Virus record (IMG/VR): IMGVR_UViG_3300030104_002535
From: an uncultured virus (IMG/VR IMGVR_UViG_3300030104_002535)
Taxonomy: Duplodnaviria > Heunggongvirae > Uroviricota > Caudoviricetes
Strand: one strand, 5' to 3'
DNA length: 64,000 bases
Shown here: positions 36,591 through 46,081 of the stretch, one piece after another
Layout of the letters: the number at the start of each line of letters is the position of its first letter
Numbering within the stretch: position 1 is the stretch's first letter
Notes under the pieces: generated by a model
What the model saw: the letters and a program-made list of their open reading frames with translations, nothing else
Told to the model about the DNA's origin: nothing
The model's database searches: none
Made by a program: the position numbers and the translations under genes

Positions 36591-38719
36591 TATGAAGCTC
36601 TCTTATATTTATTTCTGTATTCTATTGTAATATCATTTATTTCTAATTCGTTAGTGGTATCTGCTCCACTTACATCTAATCTAATAGATTCACAGTCTTG
36701 GTTTACTGTAAAAACAAGAGTTTTAAATTGAGCAGAGTCAATATCTACAGTTTCTGTTGTAGTAAAAGTTCCTCCACTATTACCGTTTAAAAGAGTTTTT
36801 AATATAATACCAGCGCTTGAACCATCATCTTTTGCAGTCACATAAACTTTATATACTTTTTTTACTCTACCTGGTTCATCAAAATCTATATCTTTCGTTC
36901 TAAAAAGCATATGCGAGCCACCGCTATCTCCAGAAGATAGTTTTCTTATAGTCTTATTGTTGCTACTATGTGCATATTCTGCAAAGAACATACCGCCTAC
37001 TGTAGATACTATATTAGACATACCTTTCATACCATTACTATCTACAATATCTTGTCTATTTTGCTGAAACCAAGCTTGTGTGTTAAAGTCGTATACAAAA
37101 AAACTATTAGTTCCATTTGTTCCAGATTCAGTATTTACAAAAACAACTAACTGTTTGTTGATGTTGTTATAAGATATGGCATGAACTTTACCTGCGGTTC
37201 CAGTGTTCCATGAAGAGTCATCTATTTTTACCGTAAGCTCTGTAGGAGCTGATTGTCCGTTATATAAGTATACGCCATTTTCATTCACCCAACATATTCC
37301 AAAAGCAGTTTTTGTTATAGACTCTGGATATTTACAACCCATACCTTCATATTCTGCTTCTAAATACCACCCAGCATCAGAGCTTGATGATACATTTATA
37401 ATATATAATTTATTTTGTTTATATGCTAATAACCTATTTCCCGTACTAGATAAAGCATTAAAAGAATCTCCATCATTAATTCCTATATCTAAGAAAAAAG
37501 ATGTAGGAAATGTTTTAAATCTATTGACAGGACTGTAATGTATTCTGTCATCAAAAACTTCGTCATTAATTCTTACATTGCAAACCCAAGCCCTTCTAGA
37601 ACATACAGTTGCTCCTTTAAATCCTCCGATAGTTCCAAAGTCTAGTCTATCTTCATCTTGAGAATAACCATTAATACTTTCATATGTATCTAGAGCTGGA
37701 GACTGTGCGCTCAATCCAATTACAGAAGCATTCGCTGTACTTCCACTAGCATAAGTTCCTGAAGTAGACCAAGTTTTGTAATCATCAAATAAGTTTGTTC
37801 TTACTCCTCTTTCATAGTCCACGTCTAATAACAGTTGATATCTTTCATTGCTGTTTTGCGCTCTTACATATATTCTTATTCCTTTTTCACCCTCTCTAAA
37901 TGCATTGGTTGTATTAATTTTAAAACCAATATCTTCAAAAAATTGACCAGCAGTTAGAGTGCAAGTGTCAGGACTAGAAAATACATGAGGCAAAGTTTCG
38001 TCTCCAGTATAGTCTACAAAAGTATATGAAAATTCATATGTATCTGCTTCCCAACCGCCTCCTGATGCTCCTTTATCATATATAACTTCGAACTCTCCAT
38101 CTTGGTCTAATGAAGCTGAAAAAGCATCTAAATCAGCAAAGTTTGCAAGGTTTGTTGCTGTATCTGCGACTTTAGCAGAACCTGAAATAAACTTAGCTAC
38201 AGCTACTGTAAATCTAGGTTTTGTAACAAACTGTAAAACTTTAGGATTACTATCAGCAGCTCCAGATACAACTCTTTTATCTGAAACGTACAAGCTTCCA
38301 TCAACAAAATAATATACAGGTTCTACATTTGTAGAGCCACCTAAAGCTATCTGGTTATCAGTTCCTTGGTGTGTAAAATCACCTGTAGCATTATATGCTC
38401 TTGTATAGAATTTTATATTAGTTCCGTCTGGATATGCTAATACTTCTACCGAAGATTCATAATCAGCTCTAGCTCCAGTCGTTCTGCCGATATCATATTG
38501 TGAATTAAAAGAAAATAAACCATTGCCTTTTGCTGCATGATTTAGAGAAGTTACTCCAGAAACAAGGTCTGTAGGAAATGCTGCAGTTCTTAAAGTACCT
38601 GGAACGTTTGTCAATGTGTTAATACATAAAGTTAACTCATTGAGCGCAACATCCCTAGGAGAGGACTTGGTATTAAGTCCTCCGCTAAAGTCATTCAGTT
38701 TTAACATCTGTTTAGGCAC
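36590..38719 (-). CDS. Podovirus tail nozzle/stabilisation-like protein
   Basis: 709 aa; DFSGGLN start, beta-propeller-like body, RTKDIDF..PG..KK C-terminal motif. Confidence 0.6.
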   Translation of the reverse strand: MPKQMLKLNDFSGGLNTKSSPRDVALNELTLCINTLTNVPGTLRTAAFPTDLVSGVTSLNHAAKGNGLFSFNSQYDIGRTTGARADYESSVEVLAYPDGTNIKFYTRAYNATGDFTHQGTDNQIALGGSTNVEPVYYFVDGSLYVSDKRVVSGAADSNPKVLQFVTKPRFTVAVAKFISGSAKVADTATNLANFADLDAFSASLDQDGEFEVIYDKGASGGGWEADTYEFSYTFVDYTGDETLPHVFSSPDTCTLTAGQFFEDIGFKINTTNAFREGEKGIRIYVRAQNSNERYQLLLDVDYERGVRTNLFDDYKTWSTSGTYASGSTANASVIGLSAQSPALDTYESINGYSQDEDRLDFGTIGGFKGATVCSRRAWVCNVRINDEVFDDRIHYSPVNRFKTFPTSFFLDIGINDGDSFNALSSTGNRLLAYKQNKLYIINVSSSSDAGWYLEAEYEGMGCKYPESITKTAFGICWVNENGVYLYNGQSAPTELTVKIDDSSWNTGTAGKVHAISYNNINKQLVVFVNTESGTNGTNSFFVYDFNTQAWFQQNRQDIVDSNGMKGMSNIVSTVGGMFFAEYAHSSNNKTIRKLSSGDSGGSHMLFRTKDIDFDEPGRVKKVYKVYVTAKDDGSSAGIILKTLLNGNSGGTFTTTETVDIDSAQFKTLVFTVNQDCESIRLDVSGADTTNELEINDITIEYRNKYKRAS

Positions 38720-38749
38720 TTAGCACCCGCATCCGCATTCGCAGTTCAT
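38720..38749 (-). CDS. 9-aa Cys-rich micro-ORF MNCECGCGC
   Basis: AGGAG RBS 6 nt before ATG; TAA directly abuts the GTG start of the next gene. Confidence 0.5.
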   Translation of the reverse strand: MNCECGCGC

Positions 38750-38758
38750 ATATCTCTC

Positions 38759-38917
38759 CTATTTTTTATTTAGAGTTTTTTTCACTTCTGCCCATAGTTT
38801 GTCATCTAATTTGTTAGATGATTTAGCTACAAGCCAATCTCCTAGGTGCATAATGATAGCTTTGATAAGCTTCTCTGTACCTAAACTTGTAAGAACTTTA
38901 CCTAATATTGGTCCCAT
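38759..38917 (-). CDS. Small amphipathic protein, 52 aa (not in ORF track)
   Basis: AGGAGG RBS; MGPILGKVLTSLGTEKLIKAIIMHLGDWLVAKSSNKLDDKLWAEVKK. Confidence 0.7.
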   Translation of the reverse strand: MGPILGKVLTSLGTEKLIKAIIMHLGDWLVAKSSNKLDDKLWAEVKKTLNKK

Positions 38918-38932
38918 GATTCCTCCTATTAA

Positions 38933-39235
38933 TTAGCATTTCCATCTTCTACGTGCTTGTCTTATTCTAGAATTAGGATTATTCCTAGTTTTAGCAGAAC
39001 TTCTTTTCAGTTGTCCTAAAGACCTTGCACAATAAGACTTTCTTCTTTTAGCTGCTTTGCTACCTTTCTTTACTTTACCAGTAACAGCAGTTTTTAATTT
39101 ACTCCCAGGATTAGCTCTTCTATAAGCTTTAACGCCTTTCTTTGTCATTCCAGCACCTTTTTTCGTAGGCCTGTAATTAGCGTTCTTACCCTTGGTGGTT
39201 CTTCTTATAGATTTAGTTTTTCTTTTTGCTGGCAT
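38933..39235 (-). CDS. Basic protein (resembles DUF6321 from memory)
   Basis: GMT.KG...YRR.NPGSKLK...RRKSYCARS.G...RWKC. Confidence 0.75.
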   Translation of the reverse strand: MPAKRKTKSIRRTTKGKNANYRPTKKGAGMTKKGVKAYRRANPGSKLKTAVTGKVKKGSKAAKRRKSYCARSLGQLKRSSAKTRNNPNSRIRQARRRWKC

Positions 39236-39359
39236 TTTTCATTTTACCTTTACCATTGCCTTGCTTCATAGCTCTTAGAGCTGCAAAGTCAGCACCAGTA
39301 ATTTTACCAAAAGGTTTGGCTACATCTATATTCTTCATTTTTCCTTTTAATCCTGGCAT
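39213..39359 (-). CDS. Basic microprotein, 48 aa (not in ORF track)
   Basis: MPGLKGKMKNIDVAKPFGKITGADFAALRAMKQG...; TAATG coupling, AAGGAG RBS. Confidence 0.7.
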   Translation of the reverse strand: MPGLKGKMKNIDVAKPFGKITGADFAALRAMKQGNGKGKMKNASKKKN

Positions 39360-39742
39360 TATTGAATCTCCTTCTTAATCTTTTCAAAAACTTCTCTTTC
39401 ATCAAATCTCATACTAATACCTGGTTCATACCTCATAACCTCTTTACCTTCTTTAAGAATGATAATAGTAGGGACAATCTTAATGTTCCATTCTTTTTGA
39501 ATTACTGCGCCAACAGTTTTGTTGTTTAAGTCTACCTCTCCTACGTAGCAAAGCTTAGATAGTTTTTCTACCTTAACCCTGTTTGCGTAATTCCAAGACG
39601 CATTGACTTGAACTACTGCGCATTTTTGTACATTTAACGCTTGTATATCTGCAAAGTTATCTAAGTTGACCGATTGTGAGTACAGCCAAGAGAGCGATGA
39701 GAAGAGCGTTAATGCCAAGTATGATATAAATCTGTTGTTCAT
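39359..39742 (-). CDS. Exported thioredoxin-fold-like protein lacking CxxC
   Basis: Homolog of 21596-21982. Confidence 0.65.
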   Translation of the reverse strand: MNNRFISYLALTLFSSLSWLYSQSVNLDNFADIQALNVQKCAVVQVNASWNYANRVKVEKLSKLCYVGEVDLNNKTVGAVIQKEWNIKIVPTIIILKEGKEVMRYEPGISMRFDEREVFEKIKKEIQ

Positions 39743-39754
39743 CTGTAAACCTCA

Positions 39755-40051
39755 TTATTTGTTATTCATGTCTATAAGAGTCTCAGTAATAGCTCTAGTA
39801 TCTTCTTTAATATCGTCTACTTTCTCTTCAAGCTTATCTACTTTACCCTCTGTGTTTAATATTGAATCACGAATCATTTGGTCTTTTAAATCATATTCCA
39901 TACGTGAAACTTCTGGTTCTGGTAATTCTTTAGCAAGTTCTATTTCTGCTTGTAAAGAATACCACATACCAATAATCATACCTATAGTGACCAGTATGCT
40001 AATAGCTGTCTCTATAGATAATGTAAATTTAGTGTCTTTTCCTACTTCCAT
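39755..40051 (-). CDS. Single-TM coiled-coil protein
   Basis: Homolog of 21989-22255. Confidence 0.7.
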   Translation of the reverse strand: MEVGKDTKFTLSIETAISILVTIGMIIGMWYSLQAEIELAKELPEPEVSRMEYDLKDQMIRDSILNTEGKVDKLEEKVDDIKEDTRAITETLIDMNNK

Positions 40052-40061
40052 TGTTGCCCCT

Positions 40062-40514
40062 TTATCTCATATCTGCTGGAACTACAGCTCTAGTTCCGCC
40101 TACTTTATCGTTTTTCTTCATACCGTATCTACGTACAGCTTCTTTATAACTAGCCATACATTGTTGTGCAGACGCCATTCTAATTTGAGCTAGACCTGGG
40201 TCTGTTGCTCTAGAAGCTGCGTCCATCAAAGCTTTTGATTTTACATAATCTATTAATGCTGGTTGTAAAACATTATCTATATCTATTGTACCAGTAATGC
40301 TTGTAAGTTTATCTGGTTCTGCATAATAAGAAACAACAAGACCATCAATCATCTGGTCTCCAGAAGAACCAAGCTGTACTGCTTTTAGTCTACCTTTATC
40401 TGTTTCTGTTGTACTTCCATCTCCTTCTGTGGTGGCAATAGCTAATCTATCGCCTTCTACCCACCATACAAAAGTTTTACTAGGGTCTTTATATGTGCTA
40501 CTTACAAAAGCCAT
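40062..40514 (-). CDS. Putative head-tail adaptor-related structural protein
   Basis: Y.A.P...I.....ALIDYV pattern; structural operon. Confidence 0.45.
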   Translation of the reverse strand: MAFVSSTYKDPSKTFVWWVEGDRLAIATTEGDGSTTETDKGRLKAVQLGSSGDQMIDGLVVSYYAEPDKLTSITGTIDIDNVLQPALIDYVKSKALMDAASRATDPGLAQIRMASAQQCMASYKEAVRRYGMKKNDKVGGTRAVVPADMR

Positions 40515-40855
40515 TATATCTCCGTCCAGTTTGTATTAGCTGCTGTACTTGTTTCACTGTAGAATTGTTTTATCTCTCCATTTGTTAATCTAGGAATCTT
40601 TATATATTCTCCATCTGAATTAAGTATTGTACATCTAAATAACTTATTAACAGTTATTGATTCATCGTCATCTAATGCATACCATAGTTGGTCATGCACT
40701 AAGTTTGTTTTTGCATTTTCTATTTGATTGGTGTATCTACCCATATCAATTAATGCTTCATTGATTAAGTTTAGTACATAGTTCTCTGATATACCAGGAA
40801 CTGCTTGAAGTACTCTACTGTAAATTTCTTTTGCTGTAAATTCTATTGCAGCCAT
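40514..40855 (-). CDS. Putative adaptor-related structural protein
   Basis: LINEA motif; coupled to both neighbours. Confidence 0.45.
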   Translation of the reverse strand: MAAIEFTAKEIYSRVLQAVPGISENYVLNLINEALIDMGRYTNQIENAKTNLVHDQLWYALDDDESITVNKLFRCTILNSDGEYIKIPRLTNGEIKQFYSETSTAANTNWTEI

Positions 40856-42090
40856 TATAATGCTCCTTGAAGAGTTTGTATTTGTTCTTTATATCTAGCA
40901 TCAATCATTGCATATTGTTTTTCATACCATTGATATTTAGCAATATCTTTTTGCAAGTTTGCACTGTATTCTTGTACTTCATCTGCAACTTGAGCAGAAT
41001 ATTTTTGTATTTCTGAGTTAAATTTAACAAGTATATCATCGTTGTTTTGTATTGCTGCTGCCATAGTTTGTGCTGCATTTTGCAATGCTAATGCTTGGTC
41101 AGCCGCTTTGTTTGCCAAGTCAACTTGTGTTGCCTGTTGTGATTCTTGTCTAGCATCTGCAGCATCTATTTCTGCCTGTCTTAATGCTTTTTGTAAATCA
41201 GAATTATGTTTTGAAATTTCTGCCTGCACATTAGCTTGATATCTTTGATTTTCTTTGTTAAATTCATTAAGCTCATTTTGTATATCAGTTTGATATTCAG
41301 CCAACTCGTTATTCAATCTACCTAATTGTAATTGTGCTAATTCTACATCTTCGTTTGTTTCTAAAAATGTTTCAAACTGTGCTATATCAAAAGTTTGTGT
41401 TGGTTTGGTATAGGTAGGAACATCTCCAGATATATCTGCTTTAGCAACAGTAGCAACAGTTATTGCTCCAATAGAAGTAGCACTGGCATCTGCATTGCTA
41501 GCAGCTGAGTAACTAACAGTTGATATGTTTGGAGCATCTGGTGCACTTACACTAACAGTTAAAGCACTAATTGCATTCATGCCATTCATTAGTCTATTTA
41601 AAGCATTTCTTGCTCCATATAAAACTACTGCTTCCTCTGCTTCATCAGGAAAGTTACCTATTGAACTATCTCCATGTGCTACAGTTGTTGCAGAGTTTAC
41701 AAAAACTACTCTACTATCATTGCTTGCATTGCTACCTGGATATGTATTTAAAACATCATTTTGTATAATATATGCTGGGTCACTTTCTGACGCAGCTTCC
41801 ATATAGTTTGTATCATTTACTCTACCCATCATTGAAGGTGATAATTTTCTACATGGTGTATAAATCTTACTTGCGTGATTGTTATCTTTTCTAACAACCG
41901 CTAAAATCTTTTTTCCCTCTACATCTATATTGTTTGTAAAGTTTTCATTGCTTGCTACTCTCTCTAGCTTATTTAGAGGAAGCACATTCATTACAGAACG
42001 AGCGCCAGCTGACAACCAGTCACTTAATGCTGTGTCGTCAGTGCTTGCAAAGCCTGTCAAATCATCTATTCTTGTTTTAAAATCAGCCAT
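40855..42090 (-). CDS. Virion structural protein (adaptor-like N-terminus plus coiled coil)
   Basis: P.Y......YP...FP...E.AVV.Y then Q/A-rich coiled coil. Confidence 0.5.
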   Translation of the reverse strand: MADFKTRIDDLTGFASTDDTALSDWLSAGARSVMNVLPLNKLERVASNENFTNNIDVEGKKILAVVRKDNNHASKIYTPCRKLSPSMMGRVNDTNYMEAASESDPAYIIQNDVLNTYPGSNASNDSRVVFVNSATTVAHGDSSIGNFPDEAEEAVVLYGARNALNRLMNGMNAISALTVSVSAPDAPNISTVSYSAASNADASATSIGAITVATVAKADISGDVPTYTKPTQTFDIAQFETFLETNEDVELAQLQLGRLNNELAEYQTDIQNELNEFNKENQRYQANVQAEISKHNSDLQKALRQAEIDAADARQESQQATQVDLANKAADQALALQNAAQTMAAAIQNNDDILVKFNSEIQKYSAQVADEVQEYSANLQKDIAKYQWYEKQYAMIDARYKEQIQTLQGAL

Positions 42091-42236
42091 TACTTACCTT
42101 GTCCTCTATACTTTTTTACGTAATACTTTTTACTTGTTTTAGTGCCATACTTAGTATTTACACTATTACCTTGTCTTGTTTTTTTCTTACCGTTAGTATG
42201 CCTTACTTGAGTTCCAAATGTTTGTCTTCTTCTCAT
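42090..42236 (-). CDS. Basic microprotein, 48 aa (not in ORF track)
   Basis: MRRRQTFGTQVRHTNGKKKTRQGNSVNTKYGTKTSKKYYVKKYRGQGK; homolog of 26512-26643. Confidence 0.8.
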   Translation of the reverse strand: MRRRQTFGTQVRHTNGKKKTRQGNSVNTKYGTKTSKKYYVKKYRGQGK

Positions 42237-42508
42237 TTTTTCTTTCTACTTTTTCTTGCAAATGTTCTAACATTCGTTGGTTTACCTCCAACTCCTTGAG
42301 CTTTTGCTCTCTTTCTACTTACTGCACTTCTTTTTTGTGAAGCGCTCATTGTTCTAGCTTTAGCAGCTGGAACACATTTAGGATATTTTCTTTTACCACC
42401 CTTAGCAGATTTACGTCCACACTTCTGGTATTTACCACCTTTTTTCTTAGAGCCGATGTCTACCCAATCTTCTCTAAACCATTTACGTAATCCACCTTGA
42501 TATGCCAT
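42233..42508 (-). CDS. Basic protein (resembles C-terminal part of DUF5872 from memory)
   Basis: GLRKWF.EDWVD...CGR......YPKC.P. Confidence 0.75.
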   Translation of the reverse strand: MAYQGGLRKWFREDWVDIGSKKKGGKYQKCGRKSAKGGKRKYPKCVPAAKARTMSASQKRSAVSRKRAKAQGVGGKPTNVRTFARKSRKKK

Positions 42509-42672
42509 TATCTATAACCGCCTCCACGTTTTTTGTATGTTCTTACTAACCACGCATTTGCGTATGCAGAAGGATACACTTTAAACTTTCTCTTTGCTTC
42601 AGACTTTACTCTTGAATACAAAGAAGAATTAGTTGGCGTAGGACTTCCTTTTTTTCTTTTCTTTTTTGGCAT
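42508..42672 (-). CDS. Basic microprotein, 54 aa (resembles N-terminal part of DUF5872; not in ORF track)
   Basis: PTNSSLYSRVKSEAKRKFKVYPSAYANAWLVRTYKKRGGGYR; TAATG coupling. Confidence 0.8.
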   Translation of the reverse strand: MPKKKRKKGSPTPTNSSLYSRVKSEAKRKFKVYPSAYANAWLVRTYKKRGGGYR

Positions 42673-42818
42673 TACTTTCCTCCATGAGTTTTTACTACTT
42701 TCATAGGCATAGATAGTGAAGCTCCTTTATGTCTTTTAAACTTAGCTCCATGTTTCATCAAAACATAGCCTTTGCCTTTTTTCATGAAGTGATAACCTTT
42801 AGGTGCTTTTACATTCAT
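42672..42818 (-). CDS. Basic microprotein, 48 aa (not in ORF track)
   Basis: MNVKAPKGYHFMKKGKGYVLMKHG...; shares KAP.GYH.M with 26963-27073. Confidence 0.75.
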   Translation of the reverse strand: MNVKAPKGYHFMKKGKGYVLMKHGAKFKRHKGASLSMPMKVVKTHGGK

Positions 42819-42913
42819 TAGTATGAATATCCTCTACTAGAAGACTTTTTCTTCGTAGTTTTTTTCTTCGTAGTTTTTTTAGTTTTTTTAGTTTTACCTT
42901 TTTTCATTGGCAT
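42818..42913 (-). CDS. Lys/Thr-rich micropeptide, 31 aa (not in ORF track)
   Basis: MPMKKGKTKKTKKTTKKKTTKKKSSSRGYSY; TAATG coupling on both sides. Confidence 0.7.
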   Translation of the reverse strand: MPMKKGKTKKTKKTTKKKTTKKKSSSRGYSY

Positions 42914-43167
42914 TACATTACCCTTATTCCTTTCCCACGCGGTGTGGGTTTTGCGTTCTTTTTGCTTTCTTGCATCTTTTTTACACCATCTTCCATTGAC
43001 ATATGATTAATATCAATCTGGTCTTTTCTAATTGCTGTTGCAAAAGGATTACCTTCTCTTATAACAAAATTAGTATTCCATTTGCTAGGAGCTGCTCTTA
43101 GCCCACATGAAGGGCAGTTAAAGTAACCTTCTGGATTAGGTTTGTCGCAGTGTTGACAATTAGCCAT
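42913..43167 (-). CDS. Zinc-ribbon protein
   Basis: CxxC...CxxCG. Confidence 0.7.
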   Translation of the reverse strand: MANCQHCDKPNPEGYFNCPSCGLRAAPSKWNTNFVIREGNPFATAIRKDQIDINHMSMEDGVKKMQESKKNAKPTPRGKGIRVM

Positions 43168-43364
43168 TATCCTTTAGCTACTACTATGTAAGCAACTCTA
43201 GTAGAGTCAAGCTTAACTGCTTGAATATCTACAATAGCATTAGTGCTATCATCTAAAGTTTGAATATAATCATTAATTTCTTTAGCTAATGAACCAGCAG
43301 TTGAATCTGATTTAACACTAAGGTCATTAATAATAATCTTTGTAGTTGTATTATAATTTGCCAT
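43167..43364 (-). CDS. Small hypothetical (possible structural) protein
   Basis: AGGAG RBS. Confidence 0.6.
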   Translation of the reverse strand: MANYNTTTKIIINDLSVKSDSTAGSLAKEINDYIQTLDDSTNAIVDIQAVKLDSTRVAYIVVAKG

Positions 43365-43391
43365 TTTTTCTCCTATTATTTAAAATTCTTT

Positions 43392-43430
43392 ATAGGTTTC
43401 GGAGTGGGACTAGCCCACTCCATAGTACCT
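43392..43430 (-). terminator. Stem-loop after head genes
   Basis: GGAGTGGG-ACTAG-CCCACTCC with outer TAGGT/ACCTA pairing. Confidence 0.55.
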
Positions 43431-43438
43431 AATAACTA

Positions 43439-43873
43439 TTATGATGTTGTAATACCGTCATTGATTGCGCTTAATGCATTAGCATAGTACTCACCATTCC
43501 AGAACAGAAGTTCTACAAAGTCTCCTCTTTGAGCAGCAGCTTCTAAAAGAATATTAGAAACCTGAGTTCCAGCAGTTGAATTAGCAGCGTCTCCGCCTGC
43601 ATCTTTCATTACTAATGAAATGATTGCACTTCCTGCTTTAATTGTAACATCATTAGTAGGTGTTTCTTCATGTACAATAAATTTGTACACAGCTCCGTTT
43701 TGTGCTGTTGAAGCTGTAGGTAGAGTTATATCATAAGCTCCACCTTCAGAAGAAACCATAAAGACCTTACCTGAGTCTGATTCTACTATTGTTTTTGCAG
43801 CGGTAATGTGTTCTACGTTAGCTAGTAAACCACCAATACCACTATTTTTTTCTAGTAATCCACCTTTAGCCAT
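43439..43873 (-). CDS. Putative capsid decoration protein
   Basis: Follows MCP; DSGK.F...ITLP...G..YKF motif; GGAGG RBS before ATG 43873. Confidence 0.55.
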   Translation of the reverse strand: MAKGGLLEKNSGIGGLLANVEHITAAKTIVESDSGKVFMVSSEGGAYDITLPTASTAQNGAVYKFIVHEETPTNDVTIKAGSAIISLVMKDAGGDAANSTAGTQVSNILLEAAAQRGDFVELLFWNGEYYANALSAINDGITTS

Positions 43874-43874
43874 T

Positions 43875-45245
43875 TTATAATCCCTCCACGTTGTATAGAG
43901 CGTGACATTCAGGTAATGAGATTTCAAGACCAGCTTCAGTCATAATCATGTCTTTTCTTAAATCTTCATCCGCACTTTGTACGTTTGTCATGATTTGAGT
44001 GTCACGATTTAAACCGTTACCAACTAATGGTCTGTATGCCAATTTAGACATATCAGCCATAAGCATGAAGCCGCTTGCAATTCCTCTGAATAGAGGTTCT
44101 TTCACTAAGAACATAGAACCGTGTACAGTGTTAATTTCCATTAACTGGTGGCCAAAGCTACCTTGTACGTTGTTCATGTTAACTCTGTATGGCGCATTTG
44201 CATGTCCAACAGAAGCGTCAATGAAAGCACCGTCGCCCATTTTGTTGAAGAATGTAATTACTGGCAATGAAGCTAGTACAAGTCTTTCACTTGAACCGCC
44301 TCTTGCTGGGTCAAATATAACTTCTAAGTCAGCAAGCAATCTATCATATGTAAGTTCACTCTGTGCTACACTTCTGTAGTAAGGGTTACCTGATGAATAT
44401 GAAAATGCTGAATCGTCAATTACTGGTTGAACATTTTTAACAATGTGTCCAACTAGACCTTCAGTGTATTGTACTCCGTTAACACGAGCTTTTTGACCGA
44501 AGAGCATAGCTCTTTCGATATCTACTTTGTGTTCACGTAATTTTTGAGCCCAAATTCTATCGAACTCGTTTGCATAGCCACGGTATCTTGTAGCTATTGC
44601 TGTGTTTGTCATCTCACAAGCTGTTTTAAAGATTTGAGTATAACCAAAGTCATCTTCAATAGTATCTGAGAAAGTGTCAGGAGAACCTGTTCCTTCTCCG
44701 AATGATGTACCAACAATTTGACATTCGTCATTGTCAGCTAATACATTGTATCCTGATACATTTGAATTAGACAATTCAATAACTCTACCTGAGAAGGTAG
44801 TGTTAGCTGATTGTACGTTTGGTGCAGACTCAACTCTAATTAGTGCTTGTCCATAACCGTTTGTGTCATCTACAGTTTTTACAGCTATTACCATTCCTTT
44901 TGTAAGGAAACCAATAGCTGAACCTGCTCCATCATCTACAGTAAAGTCATATAGATTTGGAGATGATACACCGCTACCTCCGTTTACGGCGGCTGCTAAG
45001 CTGAAGTTACGTGCAGTATAGTTAGTGACGGTTCTATTTTCAAGATATCTGAAAATATTGTCGTCAGTAGCTACCTTAGCAACTTGACTTAGATAGACGA
45101 AAAAAGGTGACTCCTCTGGCATAAGTTCTGCAACTCTATCAGAGAAATCATACAGCTTTCTTTGGTCTGGAGCCTGTCCGTAATCCGCGCTTGTAGCAGC
45201 TGCGGTTATTTGTGATGCCTTTAATTGTCCTTGATTAAAAGCCAT
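43875..45245 (-). CDS. Major capsid protein, phage B (DUF5309/SU10-like)
   Basis: P.ESPF, YTQIFK, H..DIE.A.LFG, EAGLE motifs; follows scaffold. Confidence 0.85.
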   Translation of the reverse strand: MAFNQGQLKASQITAAATSADYGQAPDQRKLYDFSDRVAELMPEESPFFVYLSQVAKVATDDNIFRYLENRTVTNYTARNFSLAAAVNGGSGVSSPNLYDFTVDDGAGSAIGFLTKGMVIAVKTVDDTNGYGQALIRVESAPNVQSANTTFSGRVIELSNSNVSGYNVLADNDECQIVGTSFGEGTGSPDTFSDTIEDDFGYTQIFKTACEMTNTAIATRYRGYANEFDRIWAQKLREHKVDIERAMLFGQKARVNGVQYTEGLVGHIVKNVQPVIDDSAFSYSSGNPYYRSVAQSELTYDRLLADLEVIFDPARGGSSERLVLASLPVITFFNKMGDGAFIDASVGHANAPYRVNMNNVQGSFGHQLMEINTVHGSMFLVKEPLFRGIASGFMLMADMSKLAYRPLVGNGLNRDTQIMTNVQSADEDLRKDMIMTEAGLEISLPECHALYNVEGL

Positions 45246-45266
45246 TTTATTTCACTCCTAAATTAG

Positions 45267-46028
45267 TTATTTAGCTAATCTACCAATCTTTCCAGCGCTC
45301 ATAACTCTATCCCACACTTGGTCTGCTTCAGACTTTTGTGGCTGTTCGCCACCCTGAAGTACACCTGCAGGTTTAGGAATTGATTTAGCTTTTTGTACAG
45401 CTTCTAAGTTTTCAGTTTTTTTCTCTACTTTGCCTTCTCCTTCTTTCCACACTTTAATAAGAGTTTCAATAGGTAGATTGGCTTTTGGAGTTGTTGCAAA
45501 CTGTAAAAATTTTTCAGCATCATCTTTTCCAAGATTGTGTTCTGAAACCAATTCTGTTTTTAAGTTATTCATCGCCATCTGATTTTGTAGTTTAGCTAGT
45601 TCGTTATCTACTGTTTCATGTACAAGCTTTTTCTCTTGACTTACTCTAAATTTGTAAGATTCTGAGTCAGGCTTGTAATAGGCGTCCCAAGGGTCAAAAC
45701 TCTCTGGAGTTGTACTCTCAGATTCTGTTGACTCAATAGATTCTCCAGCAAGGCTCTTTTCAATAACATCTACTAATTCAGGTTTTTCAGATAACACTTG
45801 TCTTAACTGAAGTAAGTCATTACTGTCTTTCTTCAGGTTTTCGTGTTCTGCAACCTTTTTATCGTACATGGATTGAAATTTTTTAGCTTCTCCTTCCCAA
45901 TTTACTTCTTCAAATGCTTCCACACCTTCTTCTGTTTGAGGTTCTATTGAAATAGTAGGCTCATTTCCAACTCCCTCAACTATTGGGTCTTGCTGTTCAA
46001 CCTGTTGTTTTTCTTGTTCTGTTGCCAT
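45267..46028 (-). CDS. Scaffolding protein
   Basis: Acidic, KFQS.YDK; between portal and MCP. Confidence 0.65.
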   Translation of the reverse strand: MATEQEKQQVEQQDPIVEGVGNEPTISIEPQTEEGVEAFEEVNWEGEAKKFQSMYDKKVAEHENLKKDSNDLLQLRQVLSEKPELVDVIEKSLAGESIESTESESTTPESFDPWDAYYKPDSESYKFRVSQEKKLVHETVDNELAKLQNQMAMNNLKTELVSEHNLGKDDAEKFLQFATTPKANLPIETLIKVWKEGEGKVEKKTENLEAVQKAKSIPKPAGVLQGGEQPQKSEADQVWDRVMSAGKIGRLAK

Positions 46029-46081
46029 ATTTTTTTTCTCCTTTCGTGATTTAGTCTAAGACTCTGAACCACGACTGATTA

